Translations under genes and position numbers: made by a program
Shown here: positions 10,680-21,695 of the stretch, piece by piece
How positions within the stretch are numbered: position 1 is the first letter of the stretch
Layout: each line of letters opens with the position of its first letter
The notes under the pieces: generated by a model
What the model was told of the DNA's origin: nothing
Database searches by the model: none
What the model saw: only the letters and a program-made list of their open reading frames with translations
Assembly (NCBI RefSeq): GCF_004010195.1
Contig: NC_057719.1
Coordinates: 81,982,309-82,004,828 of the forward strand
Direction of reading: 5' to 3'
DNA length: 22,520 bases
DNA from: Chiloscyllium plagiosum
Taxonomy: Eukaryota

Positions 10680-11609
10680 CGAAGCAATGTTTGCCAGGTG
10701 GATCTCACAGAATATGAGGGGCTGTTAACCTGGTGCAATAGGGGAGTCCTAGCTGACAGATATAAACAGGAGATTAACGTGTCGGGCAGGCCTCCGTGCT
10801 TACACAGAGCCGTAGGGCAGGCTGGGTGCTGGCTTTTCCTTGTCGAATTGCGGGTTGGTTATTGAGGGAGTCGTCAATTTGCACGAAGTTCACCACAGCT
10901 ATCCGTTCCATTGTCTGCCCTGACAGGCTGCACCTGTTCCAGCAGGGGTTACTCGTCAGGCGCTATGCAATAGCAGTGCAGCCGCAGCCACCAAGATGTC
11001 TTTTACACTCGCAAATCCCACTGAGGTGTTTTATAATGAAGCTAACGTGAAACAAGTTGACTGGAAGCTTTGGTATTCTCCTTGCCCACGTACTCACATT
11101 GCAAGTACTAAAACCTGTGGTCCTAACAGTGTGTGATGAAGAAGGTGCACAAACAAAATATTGTGTGTGCCATAATTCTGTCACAGTGAATGCTCCTGGC
11201 TGACAAAGCAATGGCTCTGGATGAATTAGACTTAACAGCTGCATAGGCTAATCTGGACAAAGCCAATGTTGAACTGTCAGCAGCATCCGGTAAGATAGAA
11301 CGGGCAGAGGCCTTGCTTAGGATAGAAACTAAAGAAGCAATCATAAACGTGCTGGAGTAACTTGGCTATTGGGATAATCTGTTTCATGAAGCTGACTGTT
11401 TGATCTTCATTTTGGAAGGAAATACACTCTGTACAGTTAAATTGCCTGAAGTATATAACAACCAAAAGAAAATATATAAACAGGAGTGTCAGGGATTCTG
11501 CTCACTCTAGGAACCAGCTCTGTGTTAACTGGGTCAGTGTCTTGTAGTATATATATGTAAATAAAAGGCAACTCAGCGATGGGATACCAGCCTTCGTGGA
11601 GTTATTTCA
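10680..11609 (+). mobile_element. Solo LTR (~216 bp: 10680-10772 plus 11487-11609) split by the ATP5F1D retrocopy
   Basis: Flanked by the 5-bp direct repeat GTGAT (10675-10679, 11610-11614). Termini CGAA (likely from TGAA) and TTCA form a short inverted repeat. Internal TATAAA at 10761 and AATAAA at 11560. The halves join seamlessly through the duplicated 13-mer. Confidence 0.8.
10773..11473 (+). pseudogene. ATP5F1D: Processed pseudogene (retrocopy) of mitochondrial ATP synthase F1 subunit delta; degraded CDS ~10886-11360
   Basis: Intronless translation across frames: GLLVRRYA / MSFTLANPTEVFYNEANVKQVD / TGSFGILLAHVLTLQVLKPVVLTVCDEEGAQTKYCVCHNSVTVNA / LLADKAMALDELDLTAA*ANLDKANVELSAASGKIERAEALLRIETKEAIINVLE*. 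Collinear with human ATP5F1D (MSFTFASPTQVFFNGANVRQVD...RIEANEALVKALE). Premature TAG at 11244, three frameshifts, A-rich tail ~11455-11473, 13-bp TSD ATATAAACAGGAG at 10760-10772 and 11474-11486. Confidence 0.95.
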
Positions 11610-12899
11610 GTGATGGTTAGGCAGTGATGTATTATAATCATACACGCATAAATGTTGAAATTATCTCATAGATTCGGCAATTAGCGAGACCAGAATAATG
11701 CTCAGCTGTAGAGCTCACTAACCACAAATCCCCACACAGTGGTCTGCCAAATCATTTATCAGGTGAAACTCAGTTAAGTTCTCATTAATACTAAGCTAAG
11801 CAGAGGGGTGGCTCTTTGTAGCTTCCTTAGCCAGGATGTGATGAGTGAATGAAGCAAGAATGTTCAAGATTAACTGTTAGTCAACCTCCTTCCCTTCATG
11901 ATTCACAATGGCATACTTTGAGAAAGCATAAGACATTTGATAGAGAAGTATATAGAACAGACTTCATTCAGGTACAACACACGATCAACCTAACTATACA
12001 CTGAGAGTGGCTTTCGGTTTCTGATTTTATCCTTCAAACCTTCAAGATAACTGTTAAAAACTAGGCCCCATCATGTTCCTTATTTTTTTCCAAATCTAAG
12101 ACATGCTTTCAGACATACCTGTTCCTGAATCCTTTAAAATCCGTCTGTGAACAGACATAATTGTTTACTTCAAACATACATTTCTCAAATAAAAGTCTTC
12201 CAAACTTAATTGCTCAAGTCCAATGTCGTGTAGATGTATTAACCATTAGTCGTCCGTACAGTATTAATGGAGCCCACCACCCACGTTCATTACTAATGTT
12301 ATGCCTTAATCACTTCAGTCATTACTATCACTTATGCACAACTACTTTTCATATATAATGTTCAAACACTAAAAGCCTTAGACAAGCCATGATTTTTCTC
12401 AAGGTCATCTATCTTGGAAAGCTCAGAATTCCAAAGTACAAAGAAGTTTGATTATTAACCCTCAATTATCCAAGGATGTACAACATACAACTCTCCTGTC
12501 TATCCAGTACAGAGGCGGATGGGAACTGGACAGGACCTTAGCCAAAGGTTTCAAGTCAAGATTGATTTCTGTACACCTCCAAAATAGTGCAATCTCTTTT
12601 CTCTTCTCTGTCCCGTACCCTATGGATTTTTTTTTTCAGAAGCCTCAATCTTCTCCTCACACAATGCCCAAAGGCAAAGGGAGGTGCTGTCATCCATCAA
12701 AGGTTCACGCATTAAAGCAGCACTATCCACTATTGGTTCTTCATGCATTCTGGTACCAGGAGCCTGCAGACACTGGCCACTGGCCACATCATCTACACAA
12801 ATTAGAGAGACCCCAATTCAGCCTCTTCTGATTACAGGGATTCATTCATACTGGAATGTTCAACTGTGAAATTTCTCACCTCACAACTGCTCACAAGTT

Positions 12900-14295
12900 G
12901 TGACTGCTGCTCTCCCATTTGAGTTTGTCCAAATTTAAGCCACATTTACCTATAACCCCTGTGTTCATTGTCCTGCATTGGCTGCTGGATAACGCCATAA
13001 ATTCTATCCTGTATCTGATGGCGTGAAATGTCCTTCATCATCTTCTCAATCATCCTTCTCGCAGTCTTTGACACAGTGGATGACATCAGTCAATTCAAAT
13101 TCCAATTCCTCCCTCCACCCTGACCCTGGTAGGTGGGACTGCACTCGGCTGGCTCCATTCTTATGTCATTGCAGTCAAAGAACCATTTGTAATGACTTCT
13201 CTTCCTGTTCCTGCTCAGCACCGACATTCTCCCCAACTGAAAATACAGCATCATTTTCCACATGAATGCTGGTGACACCAAAATCCATTTCATCACCATC
13301 TTCCTTCATTCATTCTGTCTGACTGAGCACACTACTTCTGACTTCTTCTAGTAGGATAAGCAGCAACTGCCTCTGGTTAAATGGGGAAGACCAAAGCCTC
13401 TGTCTTTAGTCCCTCGTACAAACTAAATTCCTGAGCTAGCAATCCTATAATTCTTCCTAGCAATTAGGGCGAACAGACTGATCTTGATCTTGGTGTCATT
13501 TTTGATTCCAAGGAAAACTCCTGACCACACTCCCATGCTAAGATCATCTACTTCCACTTCTATAATATTGTCCTGTCTCAGCTCAGTGGTGAAACCCTCA
13601 TCCCTGGTTTTGTTACCTCTAGATTTAATTAATCCAAAAGATTCATGATCACCATCTTCCACTCCCCATAAACCCACAACCATCCAAAACTCTGCTGCCT
13701 GTTCACTGCCTGAATGCTAACTCCCACTCTGTGCTTTAGTGTCCTGCACAGACTCCTTCCCTGACAACACTTCCTGAACATTAACATTTCGACCATTGTA
13801 TACAAATGCCTCCACGGCTTTGCCCCTCCCAATCTCTGTAACCTCCTCCAGCCCAACAAACATCTGAGATATCCACACTCCTCCCAATTTTAGCATTAAT
13901 AAATGTTACTATTTTAAATAAATGTGCCCTTGTTGCCGAGCCCCCAATTTCGGAAACTTCCTTTTGAAACTCAGAAATGTTACATGCCAGAAAGGTCTTT
14001 GTTTATTTTGTGGCTGAATAACCCAGCTACCCATCCTAATCTCATTTCCCAGCATCTGGTCCGTGGTCTTCTAAGTTAAAGTGCTTCACACGCAGAGCCA
14101 GGATCCTTATAAATGAGTTGAAGGTTCCCACCAACTAAACCCCTCTGCCTCTCCCTTTTAAGGTGCCCTGTGGAATCTAGTTCTTTGACAAAATTTCAGT
14201 CACCTGCCCCAACTGTATCATAATGTGGGTTCATTATCAAATTTTGTCTGATGATACATGTGTTATGCAGCTAGGGATATTTACTATAATAAGGT
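12900..14295 (+). mobile_element. Highly degraded L2 LINE (RT to 3' end), interrupted by a minus-strand CR1 3' fragment at ~13970-14135
   Basis: L2-like motifs gcagtctttgacacagtgga (AFDTVD-like), ggtgggactgcactcggctggctccattctta, gaaaccctcatccctggttttgttacctctaga, ctccacggctttgcccctccc. Confidence 0.65.
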
Positions 14296-14979
14296 TGCTG
14301 CTGGCATTGCCCTTTTCCACTCATGTGGGCATTGGAACCTATTGTAGCAATCTATCCTGAGAAAGACCAGCACAGGTCAATTTGGAATCTTGCTGGGTGT
14401 TCTGGGTCAGTCCCACTCTGGGAAGTACAGATATTCGCTGAAACTTCAAGAACCATAGAATTATAATGTAGAATTCAAGAACCCTATAGCTGAGCTCACT
14501 GCTAAGTAAAGTCTACATACAAGAAAAGCCTCCAAAAACAAAAAGTAATTTGAGCACAGGTTACATTACAAAATCAGGAACAGGACTGCAGGCTTGCTGG
14601 CTGGACACCCAAGTGTCAGGATCTTCTGTAGCGTTATTATTAACTACTTGATACCCTCAGCAATATCGTTCATTCTAATTGATTTTAGCAAGACTGGCCC
14701 GATCAATACCCATCAGTGTCTCAACCTCACAGTTCCAACTCTGGGGACAAACTAGCTTGACATGGTTATAACACTATAGCTAATGTTTAAAATATTGGTC
14801 TGAGCCCCAAAACACTGGCAGGTGATGAGCAAACACTGACATAGAGAAACCTGAAACTACAGCAACCCTACTGCTTGAATCAGACACTGCTGGGAATGGA
14901 AACTCTGCTATGTCTTAACCAAACATTAGTGGCAGAATTTTAACAGGAATTACCAACACTCATGGCAAAATCTTGCCTT

Positions 14980-15370
14980 TACAGAACATCTTTAACATGA
15001 TAAAAATGTCTCTAGACATTGTGCAGAAGCAACATCAGACAAAATATGGCACAGAGTCACACAAGGAAATATTAGAAGTGAACGAATCCTTGTTCATAGG
15101 TGGAACAGCTTGAAGGAGAAAAGAGGTGTTTACATGAAGAAAGCTTTAAGGAGGAAATTCCAGACATTATGTCCAAGGCAGCTGAATCATAATGATAGAG
15201 CAAAACAAAAGGGAATGCATTCGAGCCCAGATGGATGCAGGGATGCAGAGGGCTGTAAGACTCAGAGATTACAGAGCAAAATGAAAAACTGTGAATGAGG
15301 AGCAGAGTTTTAAAAACAAGACAATGCTTGAGTGGAAGTATATCTAAAGGCTCAGTATGATGGGCAAACA
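14980..15370 (-). mobile_element. Degraded L2 LINE 3' end
   Basis: catcagacaaaat is the reverse complement of attttgtctgatg at ~14241. gaggaaattccagacattatgtccaaggcagctgaa is typical of antisense L2 3' regions. Confidence 0.55.
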
Positions 15371-15974
15371 TGACTCCATGCAACCTCAGACAGAGTTTTC
15401 AATGGGGAGGAAAATGAGTAATGATGGATTAAATTTGAGGCCTGGACCATTTCATGGCTATCAGTTTCTATAAGTAGTGAAAATACTCTTTACAGCTATT
15501 TCTGGGCACACTGCATTTTGTCAGAATTTTGAGCGCACTCCAGACATGTACTTTCCTTTTTTATGAGCTGAAAGCTCCCACAATTACTTGTACCAATTGC
15601 AGGTCATTCGAGTTGGGATATTAGCTGTGAGGCATCTCAGAAGTTAAGAGGTTTCATCTGTGCTTCCTTCTACATGTAAAACACATATCTTTTATAGTCT
15701 TGCTTATCAATACAACAGTAGCACTGGTGCCCTAGGTTGTGTTCAAACCTGAGCCATCACATTTCTCTTAGTAGCATGAGTTAAACATACACAGAGATAT
15801 CAAGTTGAGTTTATGCACTTGGCTGCAACTTCGACATAAATGAAATAAAACTTTCAAGATTATGAAGGGCATTTTAGAGAGCTGGCTCAAGTGAAAGAAA
15901 CAAGTTGAAAATTAGGAATACAGCATGTTGTCAAAAGGAACTATTTTAAAATACATAAAAAGGGTAAAAGCTAT

Positions 15975-16480
15975 CAGGTAAAGTCACTGGAACTCATGGA
16001 GAAGGACCATTAGCCACCCTGCCTAAATGAATGCAGCTCCAAAAGCATCCAGGAAAAAATAGTCCATTTATCCATATCAATTACCACCTTCAGTATTCAT
16101 TCCCTTCCCACAAGCACAAAGGAGTGTCTATGTGTATCACTGACAAACTGCACTGCAGTAACTCATCAAGGCTCCTTCAACTGCACCTCCTAAATCAGTG
16201 ACTGCTAACATCTAGAAGAACACGGGCAGCAGATACATAGGAACGTCACCAACCGCAAGCTCCGCTCCAAGCCACTCACCCTCCTGAATTGGAATTGTAT
16301 CAACTTGTCTTTGTTTATCGCAATGTCAAAACCCTCAAACTCACTCCTAGACAGCATTGTGTGCATTGTTGCCCAACAGAATGCAGCAATTCAATGCTGC
16401 AGGTCACCCCCATCCTCCCAAAGGCAATTAGCAATGGGCGTCAATGCTAGACCAGCCAGTGCTGCTCAGAATGTGTGAAT
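15975..16480 (+). mobile_element. Degraded LINE 3' end, same family as 2860-4560
   Basis: tctagaagaacacgggcagcagatac and ctccaagccactcaccctcctga match 3120-3195. Confidence 0.75.
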
Positions 16481-16979
16481 GTATAAACTGGCAAAAAAAT
16501 AATTTAACTGAAGACAAATAGTCAAATGTGAAAACTGGGACATGGCCATTTCAGAAGAGATGTAATTGAGCAGCAGGTTGCAAAATCCTACTGCATTGTT
16601 TCTTATTCTTCATATTATTTTACACGGAGCTGGTTCCTGACTGTACAGTTGGAAGGGCGTTTCCAACTATCCTAAGACTGTGATTTGACCACCGGGGTGT
16701 CTGTTGATATAATGCTATCAGCTGAATTCATTTTCTGTGGCACATATGTTGTGTCTAATTTTAACTCTGTGTAAGTGAATGAGTTTCAAGCGAGTTCAGA
16801 TTTTGTCCTGGAATTGAGTAACATTACAGTACCTTTCCATCCAATTGCATTACTCATAAATCACTCCAACTCTCAGATACTTGATGTATCATCCCAAACT
16901 CCCCATCATCTAAAACATCCACCTTTAGATGCTGCATTCTGAGGGACAATGTCAAGCTCAGGGTTAGGTGGGTTTTTAC

Positions 16980-17165
16980 CTGTAGGCTTCTGATCCATTG
17001 GTTCTTCCTTGGCTGGGTTGGTCTTAGATTCTCTAGCTAAACGAGAATGTATCTGATCCTCTTCGTGGGTCTTCTCTGTTTCACATGATTCCATTTTATC
17101 TTTGGTGTCTTCACTGCAACTCACTCCAGATTTCCTTGATTTTAGAAAAGCAACCAAACTTGGAT
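16980..17165 (-). CDS. RPAP1: RPAP1 internal coding exon (186 nt, phase 1 to 1; an alternative donor could extend it to 16923)
   Basis: Acceptor ...cttcctgtttaactag|AT. Splicing from the previous exon gives LLARL-DPSLVAFLKSRK, matching human LLAQLDPSLVAFLRS. Donor ACAG|gtaaaa at 16980/16979. Overlaps track ORF 16906..17157. Confidence 0.88.
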
Positions 17166-17560
17166 CTAGTTAAACAGGAAGTGGAGGGACAAAATGAAGT
17201 TAATCACATGCCTGCAGGAGGAAGGACAAGTCACTTGTTTGCTTTTGTAATGAAACAAATGATGTTGTTTTCTGGTGTTTTTACTCTTAACATAATGTCA
17301 GTAAGTGGGAGCTGTAGCAGTCACAGTCAGAAACTGCCAAGCATCTTCACGAATGAACTGTGTCAAGATTTAAAACTGAAATAGCACAGTGCACAGCCCA
17401 ATGAACTAACTACAGATGGCCATGTCCAATACACAATAAACAAAAATCAGTACCCAAACATCAAAGAGCAATGCTGCAATGAGCAAATAGCATCACGTAA
17501 TGTCCAATGAATAAATAGTGTTCAAACACAATTCCCACTAATAAACTGCATCAAAATGTA

Positions 17561-17738
17561 ATAGAGCCATAGAGATGTACAACATGGAAACAGACCCTTC
17601 GGTCCCACCCGTCCATGCCGACCAGATATCCCAACCCAATCTAGTCCCACTCTTCACTGTCCACTACACCTCCAATTTTGGTGTCGCCTGCAAACTTACT
17701 AACTGTACCTCTTATGCTCGCATCCAAATCATTTATGT
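17561..17738 (-). mobile_element. Internally deleted CR1 (HER1-like) fragment
   Basis: 3' tail (17561-17650) joined directly to an RT segment INDLDASIRGTVSKFAGDTKIGG (17651-17738). Confidence 0.88.
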
Positions 17739-18132
17739 AATACTCAATGACTAACAACATACATTGGCCATCAGTGAACAAATCGCACCAATGTGATATG
17801 CCTAGTGAATAAATAATCTCATCACAAAATCTAATGTCCAATGAAGCTGAAACATATGATAATCAATTAATAAATCTCAAAAAGTTATAAACTAATGAAA
17901 AATTGTTCTTCTGTCATTATGTATTAAAAACTATCACTGCCACATGTAATTCCAGTCCAATAAACAAGTAACAACATCAGTGTCACCAGTATTATACATA
18001 TAGCTCTCTGAAAGAATTAACCAGCAATAAAGGAACACTGCAGCCTTCTGAACCCAATAGTGAGTTCAACAGTTTCACAGCTCGAGCATCTTCTCCCATT
18101 TTCCTACCCAACACAACAGTTACCAACCCATA

Positions 18133-19108
18133 ATAGAGTCATAGAGCTGTACAGCACAGAAACAGACCCTTCAGTCCAACCCGTCCATTCCGACCAGATA
18201 TGCTAACCTAACCTACTCCCATTTGCCAGCACTAGGCCCATATCCCTCTAAATCCTTCCTCTTCATATACCCATCCAGATGCCTTTCAAATACTGTCTTT
18301 GCAGCAGCCTCAACCACTTCCTCTGGCAGCTCATTCCATACACGTACCATGCTCTGTGTGAAAAAGTTGCCCTTTAGGTCCCTTTTAAATCTTTCCCATC
18401 TCACACTAAATCTATGCCTTCTAGTTCTGCACTCCCATACCCCAGGGAAAAGACCTTGTCTATTTATCCTATTCTTGACCCTCATGATTTTATAAACCTC
18501 TATAAGGTCACCCCTCAGCCTCCGACACTCCAGGGAAAACAGCCTCAGCCTATTCAACCTCTTCCTACAGGTCAAACTCTCGAACCCCGGCAACATTCTT
18601 GCCAATCTTTTCTGAACTCTTTCAAGTTTCACAACATCCTTCCAATACGAAGACGACCAGAATTGCACACAATATTCCAGAAGTCCTAACCAATGTCCTG
18701 TACAGCTGCAACTGACCTCCCAACTCCTGTACTCGATGCCCTAACCAATAAAGGAGAGCATACTAAAAGTCTTCTTCACTATCCTACCTACCTGCAACTC
18801 TATTTTCAAGGAACTATGAACCTGCACTCCAAGCTCTCTTTGCTCAGCAACACTCCCCAGGACTTATACACTTAAAAGTAAGTCCTGCTTTGATTTGTTT
18901 TGCCAAAATGCAGCACCTCGCATTTATCTAAAATAAACTCCATCTGCCACTCCTCAGCCATTGGCCCATCGGATCAAGACACCTTGTACTCTGAGGTGAC
19001 CTTTTTCGCTGTCCACGACACCTCCAATTTTGGTGTCATCTGCAAACTTACTAATTACACCTCTTATGTTCACATCCAAATCATTTACATAGATGATGAA
19101 AAACAATA
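18133..19108 (-). mobile_element. 5'-truncated CR1 LINE (HER1-like)
   Basis: ORF 18213..18668 ([31 protein letters not shown]). Same 3' tail as the 7407 copy (atagagtcatagag on +). Confidence 0.93.
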
Positions 19109-19109
19109 G

Positions 19110-19315
19110 CAGCTATTCATTCCTCTGTCTGCACAACTCTCTCTCTCTCTCTGGCATCCATCTCACCCCTACTACCCCCAACCCCATCTTCAGGAATATA
19201 TAGCAATGTTTTTCTAGCCAGAGAAAGGTCACTGGATCAAAACTAACTCTGCTTTCTCTCCACAGATGCTACCATACCTGCCAACTTTCTCCAGCAATTT
19301 ATGTTTTTGTTTATT
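19110..19315 (+). mobile_element. Penelope-like 3' terminal remnant with a short (CT)n tract
   Basis: aaaggtcactggatcaaaactaactctgctttctctccacagatgct is similar to 8740-8790. (CT)n at ~19137-19152. Confidence 0.6.
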
Positions 19316-19374
19316 TTGAAGTGACCTGTTCAGAGATGTTATTATACACCTCTAAAGCAGTGGGACTATGTGTG

Positions 19375-19550
19375 CCCTTCTTTATTTTGTACATCTCAAT
19401 CACATCCCTCTCAATCTCCTCTGCACCAAGGAAAACAACCCCAGTCTCTCCGATCTCTCTTCACAAGTGAAACTCTCCAGTCCAGGCAACATCCTGGTGA
19501 ATCTCATTTGAACCCTCTCTAGCACTATCACATCCTTCCTGTAATGTGGA
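19375..19550 (-). mobile_element. Old CR1 ORF2 fragment
   Basis: ccaaggaaaacaaccccagt and ggcaacatcctggtgaatct parallel 7808-7880. Confidence 0.6.
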
Positions 19551-20095
19551 TTGCCCTTGCAATGGTGGTGACAGGCGACCTTGTTGAACCACAGCAGTCC
19601 TCAGTAAAGACATACACATTGCTGCTGCAGAAAGAGTTCCAGGATTTTAATCCAACAACAGCAAGGAAACAACAACATAGTTCCAAGTCAGGAAAGTGAA
19701 TGGCTTGGAGAGGATGCAGTGGATGTCCCCATATATCTGCTGTCTTTGTCCTTCTTGATCGTAAAGGTCTCTAATTTAGAAGGAGTCAAAGGAGTCTTGG
19801 TGATTTATTACAGAGCATCTTGCAGATGGTACACACTGCTGCCCCTGTATGCCAGTGGTGAAGGGAGCAACTGTTCAAGCTAGTGGATGAGGTAATGATC
19901 TAGTGGGTTGTTTGTCCAGGATGGTGGCAAGCTTTTCAGGTGCTTTTGAAGCTGCACTCATCCAGGCAAGTAGGAAGTATCCATCACACTCCTGACTTTA
20001 GCCTTGTAGATAGGGAACAGGGTTTAGGGAGTCAGGAGGGGAGGTCCACATCACTAAATCCCACCCTCTGACCTGCTTTGACCTGGCCATTGTAT
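19551..20095 (-). mobile_element. Degraded LINE 3' end, same family as 2860-4560
   Basis: ttccaagtcaggaaagtgaatggcttggag and gctgcactcatccaggcaagt are reverse complements of motifs at 2905-3200. Confidence 0.75.
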
Positions 20096-20162
20096 TCATT
20101 CAGTAACTTTGCGAGCACATAGGATTATATTCATTCAGTAACTTTGCGAGCACATAGGATTA
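20093..20162. repeat. Perfect 35-bp tandem duplication
   Basis: TATTCATTCAGTAACTTTGCGAGCACATAGGATTA twice (20093-20127, 20128-20162). Confidence 0.95.
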
Positions 20163-20314
20163 CATATATCATTGTTCAGTGCCTTTCATACATGACAAGG
20201 TATCACCATCAAAAAGCCCCACGTTTGACTCCTTTCGTGCTTAGTTAGTTGGTTAATATCAGACAAGGTAGTAGTAGTAGAACAAAACAGAACTTAGGGC
20301 AACAGAGGGAAAGA

Positions 20315-20510
20315 TTGACTTACATTAATATAATGCTTTTCATTACCTCAGGATACCTCAAAGTATTTTATAGCCAATTAAGTGCATTTTACATAAAATC
20401 ACTGTTGTAATTTAGGAAACACAACAGACAGTGCATGCAAAGCAAGCTCTTAAACAACAATGAGATAATGACTGGACAATTGGTTCAGGCATAAATATGG
20501 GCCAGAATTC
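20315..20510 (-). mobile_element. Deu-domain SINE 3' remnant
   Basis: cctcaggatacctcaaagtattttatagccaat...cactgttgtaatttaggaaac...caatgagataatgac. Confidence 0.6.
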
Positions 20511-20807
20511 ACTAAACTTAGTTTGTGAGTTGCAGCAGCAGGCAGTTTGGCCTTTGCATTTGGTCAAAGGAGGTATGAGATAAAGGCAGGTGCAGAAGAC
20601 GTCTGTTTTTGACTGTCATTCGATGATCCATACCAGATAGTAGGGAAAATGATACCCTTCACAGGGGAATACTAAGACAGTGACATTGTTGGACACTCAG
20701 CACTTATCGATTTCATGCCTTGAGGAGGAGAGGAGAAAGCTGGAGAAAGAAACTGGAATGAAGAAAGCCAAGTTTTAGCGGTTTAATGCAGTGATACAGT
20801 TACTCAC

Positions 20808-20948
20808 CTAAGCGAGCCAGCAAATTATTGCGTTCCTCCTCAATCTCCTCTTTAGACATGGCCCGCAGTCTAGCGACATTCTCCTCATGAATCCTTTGTA
20901 ATTCTTGAGGGCTTAATTCCCCACCTAGTCTCTCTCCAGATCCACTAT
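20808..20948 (-). CDS. RPAP1: RPAP1 internal coding exon (141 nt, phase 1 to 1), RPAP1 N-terminal conserved domain
   Basis: Acceptor ttgcag|AT, donor TTAG|gtgagt. Translates (D)SGSGERLGGELSPQELQRIHEENVARLRAMSKEEIEEERNNLLARL, matching human IHEENIARLQAMAPEEILQEQQRLLAQL (recalled). Not in the ORF track; translated by hand. Confidence 0.95.
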
Positions 20949-21446
20949 CTGCAACCAGTTAAAGATGAAATATCATAATCCATACAAAAACAAACTCTCT
21001 CAATTAGGCTCTAACAAACTTCACAATCAGTTTCAGAAGTACTCCATTCAGCCCCACGTGTCTGTTCTGTCATTCCATGAGATCATGACCAAACTGTACC
21101 TTGACTTAACGGAAATTTTCAGCAGGTGTACCTGCACACTTCCAATTTAAACTGGGCCCACAATGATCAACCAGGGGCATAGCTCTCTCACTCTGTCTCT
21201 GTTAATTCTGTTCATCGTATTGCTGAAGCAGTCATATTGGTGAGTTGCCCAGTCTAAGATATAGGGCTTTCACAGAACAGACTGTCCCCTGCTGTTGCTG
21301 TCAGAGGATTCAATCTCAGGAGCAGTCTAAGCACTCCTGCCATCCCATGAGAGGATTCAGAGCTGAGAATGGCCCAGACTCACTTGCTATTCCTACTTAA
21401 TTCCTCAACATGCCTACAATAATAAAGGCTTTTCCCACAAATTCAC

Positions 21447-21627
21447 CTGATGATTGCTCCTTTTCCGATATCTCTATAACTCGAGTTGGAGCTGATCTTT
21501 GCTCCTGTGGGATCCCAGTTGGGGGAGTGACCCCACTCAAAGAAGGCATTGCCCGAGTCGCTTCGGATGCCTTCTTTGCAGCAAGCTTCTGGGCAAAGAT
21601 ACTTTTCTTTCCTGAAATCAGCTTCAC
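21447..21627 (-). CDS. RPAP1: RPAP1 internal coding exon (181 nt, phase 0 to 1)
   Basis: Minus strand: pyrimidine-rich acceptor ...tttgtaacag|GTG, donor TCAG|gtgaat, branch-like CTAAC at 21665-21669. Translates VKLISGKKSIFAQKLAAKKASE...KEQSS, resembling human RPAP1 SGKRSIFAQEIAARR (recalled). In frame with the next exon. Confidence 0.88.
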
Positions 21628-21695
21628 CTGTTACAAAATAAAAAGACAAACACACAACAAGCATGTTAGGTACTTGTGCAATACTGACAATTAAT

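Noticed and set aside
11210..11360. Heptad-like peptide LDELDLTAA*ANLDKANVELSAASGKIERAEALL next to an LTR, first read as a viral fusion (F/Env) heptad repeat
   Set aside because: The upstream frames and the terminal stop match ATP5F1D along its length; this is the C-terminal helical hairpin of the delta subunit.
12120..12145. Candidate 26-nt minus-strand micro-exon (cacag|...acag|gtatgt)
   Set aside because: In the required phase 1 it reads D-G-F-stop, and it has no RPAP1 similarity.
14822..14853. GTGATGA...CTGA...CTGA, a box C/D snoRNA-like motif
   Set aside because: Too short, no terminal stem, and on the strand opposite the host gene.
20093..20162. 35-bp repeats as a CRISPR-like array
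   Set aside because: Only two adjacent copies, no spacers, and a vertebrate context.
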